Below the pieces are notes generated by a model, which ran no database searches, had not been told where the DNA came from, and saw only the letters and a list, made by a program, of their open reading frames with translations. The translations under genes and the position numbers were made by a program. 64,000 nucleotides of DNA from Chthoniobacteraceae bacterium (lineage in GTDB: Bacteria; Verrucomicrobiota; Verrucomicrobiia; Chthoniobacterales; Chthoniobacteraceae): NCBI GenBank assembly GCA_040081625.1, contig JBEBGD010000001.1, positions 96,001-160,000 on the forward strand, read 5' to 3'. Numbering within the stretch: the first letter of the stretch is position 1; each line of letters starts with the position of its first letter. Shown piece after piece: positions 61,101-64,000 of the stretch.

Positions 61101-64000
61101 GGGAACGGCGGTCGAGAACCGGCTCGGCGGAGTGATTAAGACGCTGACGCTCGCGGGTGGCCAACTCACGATCATCGGAGCCAGCACGGGCACGAGCTTC
61201 GAGTCCGTCGGCACGTTCAATAACAATGCCGGCGCGAGCTTCCTCACGCTGACGCCGGGCACGGGCTCGACGGTGCTGAATATCAACGCCGTCACCGCCA
61301 TCGCGGCGAATGGCGCGGGCCTCGTCATCCGCGGGGCGAACCTCGGCTCCACGCCGGGCGCGGGCGTGGCGAATGTCTTCGCGACGACGCCGAACCTGCA
61401 GGCCGGCGGCGGTAATCTTCCAGGCTTCGTGAACATGAACGTGCGCGGCGACATCCTGGTGGACACGTCGGAGACAGGCACCGGCACGAGCTTCGCGACC
61501 TACGTGGCCGGCACCGGTTTCCGGGCGCTGGCGGCGAACGAATTCCTCGGCAGCATCGCGGGGCTCAACGTGACCAACGCGAACCTCGGCCTGAATGGCA
61601 GCCAGCAATTCACGACGAACTCGGTGAACACCGTGACGCTCAACGCAGGCGGCGGGCTGAGCGCCTTCAACCGCGGGAGCGTGCTCACGCTCGGCAGCCT
61701 CGCGCTGCTCGCGCAGCCCGGCAATGCGGGCATCAACGGCGGCCAGGTCAGCACCGCGGGCTCGACGATGTATGTCCAGACCCTGGGCGACCTCGTGGTG
61801 AATGGCACGCTCATCAACACGGCGAACGGCTTCAGCAAGGGCGGCCCCGGCATGCTCACGCTCAATCAGCCGCTCTTCACGATCGGCACGCACTTCATCA
61901 GCGCCGGCACGATGGTGCTCAATGGCGCGGCGGATAACACCTTCGTCGCGAACCCGACGGCGACCGCGGTCGGCACGCAGGCGCTCACCGTCAACGGCGG
62001 CACCGTCGATCTCAACGGGCGCAATCAGGTCGTCGGCGCGATCGCCAGCGGCAACATCCTCACCAATGGCGGCGGCACGATCACGAGCAGCACGCCGGCG
62101 ACGCTGACTTCGACCGGCGGCGGCAACTTCGGTGGTGTGATCGGCGGCAACATCGCCTTCACGCGGTCGGGGAATAACACGACGCTCTTCACGACGGGGC
62201 AGACCTACACCGGTGCGACGATCATCCGCGGCGGCACGCTGCAATTGCGCGAGCTTGGCTCGCTCAGCAGCACGCCCAGCATCAGCGCGTTCTTTGGCGC
62301 GGTGACCATCGACAACGGCAACTTCACCACCTTCAACCTCGCGGACACGATCGCCGACACGATCCCGATCACGCTGCAGGGCGGCACGATCACGTTGACC
62401 GGCGCGGCGGGTCTCTCTTCGAGCGAGACGGTCGGCACTGTGACGGTCCTACCGGGCGCGAACACGATCGCGTCCACGGTCGGGAACACCGGCATGGTGG
62501 CGCTGACGATCAACAACCTCGTCCGCAATCCGAACACGACGGTGAACTTCACCGGTGCGAACCTCGGCCTCGGGCTGCTCGGTGCGGCCAGCTCGCGGAC
62601 CGTGCTGGGCCAGCTCGACGGCGGCGCGATCACGCTGACGAATAACTTGCTCGGGCCTTGGGCGATTGCGGGCGGCACGGAGTTCGCCAGCTACTCGGCG
62701 CTCGGCGGCGTGGGCGCGCTGAGCCAGGCGGGCATGGCGGGCTACGACGGCACGACCCTTCCGCTCACCAGCGCACCGACGCAGAACATCCGCGTGGTCG
62801 CGAACACGGCCGTGCCGGTCGAGGCCGACTACACGATCAACAGCCTCAACATCGTCGGCAATTTCAACGTCACCTTCGCCGGCGCGACGGATGTGCTGAA
62901 CCTCGCCAGCGGCGGCCTGCTCAAGAGCGCCGCGAATGACAACAGCATCGGCACCGCCTTGCTGCCGGGCGTGCTCACCGCGGGCGGCACGAACAACGGG
63001 GTGAACGATCTTTACCTCATCAACAACGCGAACACGCTGACCGTGAACTCGGTCATCGCGAACAACATCTCCGGCGGCACGACGCACGTCATCGTCTCCG
63101 GCACCGGCGGCACGATCTCGCTCGCGGGCGCGAACACTTACACGGGCGGCACGGTCGCGAACACCGCGCTGACGCTCACCGGCGCGCTCGGCACGACAGT
63201 GATCCCCGGCGACCTCACGATCAACAACGCCGCGGTGACGATGACCGCCAGCCCGGCGCAGATCGCGAGCGGCGCGAACCTCACGATCAATGGCGGCGGC
63301 ACGCTCGCCTTCATCGGCGCAAACACGATCAGCGGCGCGATCAGCTTCAACAACCCCGGCAGCACCGCCGCGCCGACGATCTCCGCGGCGAATTACACGC
63401 TGAGCCTCGACACGACGACCGGCGTCGCGCTCTTCCCGGTGACGAATACGACGGGCCTCGCCGTCGGTCAGCCGGTCAGCGGCGCCGGCATCCCGACGGG
63501 AACGACGATCGCGAGCATCACGCCAAACACGGACATCACGCTTTCCGCTCCGGCGACGGCGACCGCGACGGGCGTGACGCTCACCTTTAACGGGGAACTG
63601 CTGCTCGGCACGGACATCACGTCGAGCAACGACAACTTCGGCTTCACTCCGACGATCAGCGCCGCGCTCCAGATCAATGGCGGCACGCGCACGGTCACGA
63701 CCTCGGGCCTCTCGCCGCTCGGCCTCGTGATCAGCGGCGCGATCCGCAGCAACGGCGGCGGCGGCGCTCTGATCAAGGAAGGCGCGAACGCGCTTTCGCT
63801 CAGCGGCCAGGGCACCTTCGACGGCGGCGTGACGCTCAACACTGGCTCGCTCATCGCAGGCGCGAGTTCGGCGATCACCGGCGGCGTGTTCGCCAGCGGT
63901 CCCTTCGGCATCGGCACGGTGAACATCACCAGCGACAGCGCGAAGCTCATCGGCGTCGCAACGACGATCTACAATCCGATCACCGTTTCCAACGCGAGCA
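43150..64000 (+). CDS. Giant autotransporter-associated beta-strand-repeat surface protein, at least 6950 aa (3' truncated by window)
   Basis: ATG at 43150 with basic and hydrophobic signal peptide (...PQAVKA/ATLVWD). Many K.G.G.L.L...N(T/S)(Y/F)(T/S)G.T....GTL repeats. The track lists no closed + strand ORF in this frame, and segments hand-translated at 45.8, 51.5, 53.4, 57.4, 59.5, 63.4 and 63.96 kb are all in the same frame. Confidence 0.93.
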   Translation, partial: MRKPTRVPRKLSRKLARSRRKFRAPRFILATAFALFLPQAVKAATLVWDPAGDQSNSGGAGAWNTTSPFWNDDNTAPNVVWNNAMNDTASFGGTGGLVTLGEPITAGGLIFSTTGYGLQGNTLTLALGSALQVTNGADSATISSVIDGTSGFEKTGAGLLVLGGANTFTGPATLTGGTLRAASMAALGSATNSLVLNGGLFEVAVDSGFTAYDTVVAGDAFLLAGRATMGAGVTHTLGSLGIGANALLVAAGVNLDADSSYGVSFGNTALSGNAEFSVFNNGLGIGTLTLGSVSETGGARKLTKSGTGTLVLGGANSSWSGGLAINGGTVRIAAANAAGTGNALSFGAASAGVLQLGGNNTTVAGLDGDATAIVENASGTPATLTVSKAPGGTSVFDGLLRDGAGGGALGLTKTGNGGLTLGNAANAYSGLTTINGGTVTISSLGALGTGTSTIAVNGIAGFGLPGGHLVINGAVTPIDVSRNVSVAGRGGNNVGSALTLLGSNTISGTVTTGTNTETRMVNTGGTLTLSGVLSIGAGQNTIILGNGNINFTGLLTGGTNAVTGFSKSNSSIGTTLTLSNPNNNFAGDIRFDGGTLRVATVSVLGTSTGANALRFNAGTLELRTDDPAGFITRNVSTADNTGNIFVDHAIGSSLQNQTVTFGNLAMTAARTINFTGRNGYGVSFTGAGGTVGGAGAGSNTFNNNSNGLVFINASLGIGDATARTLTLGGNSDTIVTGSVISAGAGDHNLTKAGTGLVTFQGTASTFVGSTFITAGTLAVDSIAGGLNGVTGGALVLGNTTTTAGAFSYTGSGETTEKVLNLQGTSGNGILLANHAGATPLVFTSNVGAGGAGTKSLFLGGTSTLDNAILGVIQDNLFLTNQTSLTKIGSGTWLYSPAVSGYNPGGSDVTTVASGANTNVLTVASTAGLVVGQSVAGTNVPGPSVITSITGPTTFTISNNIAASVTAGTGLTFGVVSGFSGNVAVAGGTLKFLPTAAAGDGSNLIDDSALLTFSADPTTGRGVAGGTFEYQGFATGSTENIGAITVSAGAATVRVTPGASGMTTLNFGTIGVVPAGTGLNFVSPANTSISIAFQGTAFVNSHAYFNGADFAYTINDVLTAPVYGVDPGFVTSSTAFVDFANNEITGSFVADSAIAASLKISGSQTLTLNPGATLTINTGGLLVDGGAATIAGGAGVTTDGAIDLAVRVNGAGDSLTLDTLIDATTTGGLTKNGAGLLVLNGAHAYTGTTTINEGAIFLGTGAQLGGPTAINSNNLTIRQDGVLDLNGNTIGVGAFAGSGAVINSGLPGAALAVGNGTGSGVFSGTISGSISVAKTGTGTALSLVGVNTYTGATVLNQGTLVINSIADIGQASSIGVGDATSGATNAASLIFDGGALQYTGSNANFQQTTQTPTVSTDRRFSLANNGTIDSSGQFGNAVLAGGAANNAALVFRNTAAVSFIGSGDRTLTLQGNSTGDNTIRLNLIDNTNGGILSVTKAGAGLWILDPALANTYNGATTITAGALAVTDGFSLPAASNLVLNGGVIQTAGTFDRALGTTGASTVQWTAGGGFAASTGKLTVAVGGIATPTPLVFGTAPFTSGTLILSSTTALADVELVNALDLGAAARTIQVDDNGTTNTDFATISGLITGGIGGNFIKTGGGPLYLTAQNSYSGDTLINAGSIIVTSIGSGGATSHLGDATGTLSIGSGGTAGTLVYYGAGENVTRTINLAGTTGGATIDASGSGPLIINTINTTGAGAKTLTLRGYNNDVNELKGALADNGGILTVTKTDGGTWLLTGSNSHSGTTNVNSGFVGIAGSATGFAGSALSTGTLSISNGGIFALDAGGLTIGNPLNIASNTTAAFLGANSINLTNTIGGATGNPWTINNTIAAPATLEISGNLRSNETATARNFSITGTGNTILSGGFDSLGAPVGLTVNTSGTVTFTGSGAFNNYTNGVVLSQGNVIVNRTAPFGPSNNTLQINGATLQSLIPLNGFDALPNNVLFNGNPGVLTGTNPIEIAGIATNNGGNRLLVNNLSGGAALTLSGGVNLSNDTTNRTLTILGSGMTVISATIANGSTSNSSLTFSGNGTLTLAGSNTFTNTLTLNSGATTLSGPGLLASAIAVNSGASFTIDQTGGTTARTAPGKTLTLSGGTFNFIGDAGGSTVVEPAGLVLSSGASTIAMSGTGSNSLTFATLAQNVGATANLGITGLGTTNQLLFTTAPTLVPATTGILPRITIGGIDFATYDAGGIVAFTAYTPALNTVGATNTVKLTASENLTAAAATRNALALSGTGITAGLANGAVLTLTSGGVLVEGGSNTLSGGSVAFGAAEGVFHVNVGASLNVTSSISGTGGFTKALGGSLTLGAPQYFSGTTTVNGGTLTLDPGANTIFQNSALAVNAGGTIDLNGSLQWVNTLSSGSGGVPGAGGIITTSTGTGTLIVNMGASATYAGQITGAVNLVRSGGNTLTVESPLAHTGATLLTGGTTTLRDNATLLATSSIDLTFATLLLDNNAGLQTDLNDRVGDAIPINLRGGTLTFTGRVVTASSEVLGAISALQGANTITINSGNSGIYFSSDVTVASVARSAGTTVNFTTNNTLGSVGNNTRLFLTANPALTANSIIGAWAIANTGDYATYSVQQGLGAVGTQGFRGYDVTFGSGNLTQVFAGSVATTTTLSAPQTLASVVKLGGGAFANDIAFSAAANVLNLELGGLLRNINATSAIGTAAVPGVLTAGGAASSGANELIVFNNQSTLTINSVIKDAAQTGSGTGTLTLVKAGGGTVALTAGTTALNIGTNTTSASAEVTVASAAGLFVGQSVSGPGIDPGTTINAISGTTVTLSSPATASAHTALTFGSTGPSTLTGATIASGDTTFTVNPAQAATLYAGQPIFGAGLAAGTTITSVEATTVTLSAATTADVTDPSIGAAGNIYTGGTIVNQGTLSLAGAAVGSVVIPAGGLTLNSATVTMVVNGGQIDPANGVTLSGTSTLTLVGNNTLSALTYNNIGNSGALTVASGGILALTDATPITVTSGNVAVTPTLSGTVDLGTGAKTLSIGDINVLGQTASILSPSLNITAAITGTGASLVKVGNGVLQLSGASTFTGGVDLTAGGLLLGASTAPNPIASGIATGPLGTGALNVASGAYLVATGTQTVSNATTFGGTPTFFNLTNAVANLSLSGAITVPNGALGVNVQHPLLTVALGGSITNFAAITSITKDGPGNLSLGLNAYAGPIVVNGGGALGLLMDGDGSGVTQAISFTGPITVNGFPALIVGRAGATSPFTQAANKTIQPTALTAALGDGISVTNNNGYGLLLSNSIALSSSAIFTVSTASASDGTQGLTLGGVISGTGFSKSGLGTLVLANAANTFAGNIVINQGVVAAGSEGALGDPGNAINLSAALGATAGFSGNATFSSARTLNFNNAVQNGTVVNGSATVTVANTAGMQLGQTISGAGIAPGTTVATIVNATSFTLSAPATADGTISVSVPNDLVLVSSGQTLTLTGVNALTGGAFVKSDPGVLALGAGNAGWSGQVFVGGGVLLLQDSNALGSGSAVISPNAAVVGSALRLTNNVTIANSISLQGTGNVAFGGINFGGQLQSVSGTNATTGVLTMNFDAAIGADAGSTLNINGGINNPTVTGRALIFTGAGTINVNSDITSATTPTANQYFSINKYGAGTVNFTTPSSIAVTGNLTIHGGTLSLSGGGTFAAGNTIAATVNPGTTLNLDNSGTNTNNRLGGRPVTLSGGSLTMTPSATAAVSESLGVFTVGRGFDQFTVTADPAQQSNVVLASLARNTGSAIVFSGTGLGSAAGAGVSTISITTAPTFVGQTGAANTTNKGILPYALVVDTLGGTPGFATTDGTASARIRQLVTTGLTPEISTTLLLGLTQAGVNPGNIVMTTNPGAVTSALTVNSLDLNSGGGVTVSPQVVLTLASGGIIARTGNTGITGGNLAVAGNELVVHALDNLTIGSIITGTAGMTKSGPGILTISTKSTYTGNTSVAQGTLRLGGGLNTLFPGQFMIINGGTLDLNGTQQQISGLLSDGTAAGTGVVTGNAASTLVVNQDNTARTFAGSIQGAMRFVRAGQNTLTFTNANTMTGPLLILGTTTLQDSGAFTTASSVEIGYSTLNMSNASQIDIANRLSNTAAITMRGGTLTLTGRAQTASSETVGAVSVQQSAATITSTLGGGGISSTDLTLGGLTRAAGTTVNLNAAGQVGSSNRIFITGGAGLLNASTVFGPWAIANSSDYATYNTTLGVGAVGGVGFRAYDGAFGPGSVTQLGVTTNLNQAVNRTGLLRLSAGATLDVTFSLPGNVLQLEQGGLLRSNNNNASAIGTVLVPGVLTAGTSTSTLNTELIAYNNQNTITINSVIVDTKNAGIGNANAGATVSLLKSGAGAVTLTAANLHSGGTTVAQGTLNLSATTNGTIVLPAGPITVGSGTLTMNNVAGQIAPTNTITLLSAGTVNLFGNNTLAGLTFNNTGSATTPTFNTGGILTLAGNVTAGGQNVGSVSTIAGGLDLGAVTRTFTVNSILINAVDVAPQIANLSISAGIRGAGVGVTKAGTGALQFSGVNAYTGATTINAGTLQIGAAGAGAPLSPLVVNATTRVNLNALSGTFGSLTGAGDVTNDTATVATLTAGWDNTSTTFSGKFLRFNDGVPASTNFSKVGTGTLTLTGVSTSQGTMTVNQGALVYGPLATTAFLTNIVNTGGSLLFDNRVTNQSQRFGGSAGSSTTLTLGGGAFNITGNNAAVTAESLGRVVPMAAGVTTNASTTVTVTSTAGLLPGMVVSGAGIPSGTTVASITNATSFVLSAAATASATGLTITGALGGATTLTTGGSTMTLSSDAQTIVFNTGTLSAVTGGASLLLRGTNLGAPIGAGVAQFVALTANVAGTAGTGAAGSVTMSTRPDIIVDTTATGSGISFGAYVGATGVNTTGGNGFRPLATAEYSNLLTAGATNNVLLGAPGSIIAATTVGSLTLNAGGGFGSAGVLAAANTLTLGGAANTAGGILALAGNSGLNGGVITTGTAPMFIHTVGDLEVSSTLAQTGGLTKSSNGTLSFNVRQLYTGTTHVNGGTLRLNGGDHTLFVTGIGGVQAINVNSGTLDLNGNNQAVGTLASGNTIANGVAGIVTNSAGGVPVNFTSASGAATFAGTITGNLNYVRSGNATTTLFGNNTYTGATVLRGGNLTLRQAGAIPNTSSVTNIFGTLVLDGANDAVVDAGSRLNPVAPITLQGGTLTFNGFVSSDSVQNLGVVTVAPGASTITSTRGNAGGSAVLTLADLQRADGSTVNFTAGSGTLGLTGLNSQIFITNAPALTNGLIGGWAVVGGSNFASYLAPTAARGGVGALGTAGYPAYSANAITAGTAVDNVNTTGNTTTGLTTRTVNSWRMVPTAAATVNMNGLNDLLTIGSGGLIQQANFTMEISGGRISAGATPNTPASLYAYINQNTTTLDVAVVDNGTGSATLVKSGAGTLALAPKLIFNATTTTTAPTTVTVPNTFGLIVGQPLVGNANIPAGAVITSITNATTFEISIPATAAGAALTTFNPVPLVAATTGGSALVSVPSTNGLVVGSAVSGTAIPNGTTIASIIDGTTVALSAPATTTVTEGVTFAPLAINASAFLGPVVRVSNPANIIVGQFVFGPGIPAGARVNAINGNDITLSAASTVSGTNTLTFSSTLSNSHTGGTIVNQGTLTLAGVAGAMAIPGDLTLNNATVTMSNAAGQISSAANLTLNGGSVLNFTGNNTINGSLTFNSFGGNATPTLAVGTGVLTLNTDIASTNDNLSFIPTISAAAPGRINIDAARTITTQGQHRLGLSITAPVQGTGGIVKEGPGGLRFGAAGNGYSGATTINSGTLFLNASNSIPDFSEFSVAAGATFDLNGFSDAISQLTGAGTITNNSGTTGTLTVGLNNQNTTFNGHFSAFSATTFGTVNLTKVGNGSLTLTTAGNTTTGTLTVNRGAVLYGGDAQTAFSTNAINTMGSIVLDNSGTAVENRLGGVIKTLTLAGGQLTIIGASTGTSFESVGTFNNNAGASFLTLTPGTGSTVLNINAVTAIAANGAGLVIRGANLGSTPGAGVANVFATTPNLQAGGGNLPGFVNMNVRGDILVDTSETGTGTSFATYVAGTGFRALAANEFLGSIAGLNVTNANLGLNGSQQFTTNSVNTVTLNAGGGLSAFNRGSVLTLGSLALLAQPGNAGINGGQVSTAGSTMYVQTLGDLVVNGTLINTANGFSKGGPGMLTLNQPLFTIGTHFISAGTMVLNGAADNTFVANPTATAVGTQALTVNGGTVDLNGRNQVVGAIASGNILTNGGGTITSSTPATLTSTGGGNFGGVIGGNIAFTRSGNNTTLFTTGQTYTGATIIRGGTLQLRELGSLSSTPSISAFFGAVTIDNGNFTTFNLADTIADTIPITLQGGTITLTGAAGLSSSETVGTVTVLPGANTIASTVGNTGMVALTINNLVRNPNTTVNFTGANLGLGLLGAASSRTVLGQLDGGAITLTNNLLGPWAIAGGTEFASYSALGGVGALSQAGMAGYDGTTLPLTSAPTQNIRVVANTAVPVEADYTINSLNIVGNFNVTFAGATDVLNLASGGLLKSAANDNSIGTALLPGVLTAGGTNNGVNDLYLINNANTLTVNSVIANNISGGTTHVIVSGTGGTISLAGANTYTGGTVANTALTLTGALGTTVIPGDLTINNAAVTMTASPAQIASGANLTINGGGTLAFIGANTISGAISFNNPGSTAAPTISAANYTLSLDTTTGVALFPVTNTTGLAVGQPVSGAGIPTGTTIASITPNTDITLSAPATATATGVTLTFNGELLLGTDITSSNDNFGFTPTISAALQINGGTRTVTTSGLSPLGLVISGAIRSNGGGGALIKEGANALSLSGQGTFDGGVTLNTGSLIAGASSAITGGVFASGPFGIGTVNITSDSAKLIGVATTIYNPITVSNAS
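45835..46074 (+). repeat. Inserted ~65-aa module, copy 1 (boundaries approximate)
   Basis: LTVASTAGLVVGQSVAGTNVPGPSVITSITGPTTFTIS between KIGSGTWLY and FSGNVAVAGGTL. Confidence 0.75.
51511..51933 (+). repeat. Inserted module, copies 2-3 in tandem
   Basis: VTVASAAGLFVGQSVSGPGIDPGTTINAISGTTVTLSSPAT and LYAGQPIFGAGLAAGTTITSVEATTVTLSAATT between KAGGGTVALT and NIYTGGT. Confidence 0.8.
53419..53610 (+). repeat. Inserted module, copy 4
   Basis: VTVANTAGMQLGQTISGAGIAPGTTVATIVNATSFTLSAPAT. Confidence 0.8.
57412..57621 (+). repeat. Inserted module, copy 5
   Basis: VTVTSTAGLLPGMVVSGAGIPSGTTVASITNATSFVLSAAAT. Confidence 0.8.
59569..60174 (+). repeat. Inserted module, copies 6-8 in tandem
   Basis: GLIVGQPLVGNANIPAGAVITSI, GLVVGSAVSGTAIPNGTTIASI and IIVGQFVFGPGIPAGARVNAI between KSGAGTLAL and NSHTGGT. 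Confidence 0.8.
63388..63591 (+). repeat. Inserted module, copy 9
   Basis: PVTNTTGLAVGQPVSGAGIPTGTTIASITPNTDITLSAPAT. Confidence 0.8.

Noticed and set aside
44023..63950. Many long minus-strand ORFs (e.g. 45490-48552, 50707-54234, 56071-58839)
   Set aside because: Antisense shadows of the GC-biased giant + strand gene, with no recognisable motifs.
43150..64000. Inserted modules as inteins or diversity-generating retroelement targets
   Set aside because: No intein terminal residues or blocks, no near-identical template/variable repeat pair, and no reverse transcriptase in the window.

Overview
This is a GC-rich bacterial window, most likely Verrucomicrobiota (inferred from the PEP-CTERM protein, the PSCyt/DUF1501 pair, PVC-type heme dehydrogenases and a giant beta-strand-repeat protein). 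Bases 1-26.3 kb are accessory, mostly secreted carbohydrate and redox genes: DUF1080, ABC exporter, BNR hydrolase, Kelch protein, RraA-like, FAD oxidoreductase, propellers, AraC plus TIM barrel, two heme-c dehydrogenases, DUF1549/1553 plus DUF1501, and a DUF1573-rhodanese-MauE-lipoprotein operon. Bases 26.3-43 kb are mostly housekeeping (der, pgsA, tatD, sufE, coaC, gmk, yicC, trpB, cvfB, dapF, dapA, dapB, folK, panB), plus an orphan GT-A-like gene, a PEP-CTERM protein and a hicBA cassette. From 43150 to the end is one open frame of at least 6950 codons, absent from the ORF track because it has no stop in the window. It encodes a giant autotransporter-associated beta-strand-repeat surface protein built from kb-scale super-repeats. 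The best observation is a ~65-aa module that occurs 9 times at 6 sites in this protein, inserted in frame into the scaffold, with equivalent empty sites in sister repeats. Short non-triplet DNA repeats also sit in protein linkers. No rRNA, tRNA, CRISPR array or transposase was recognised. All family calls come from motifs recognised by eye; no searches were run.
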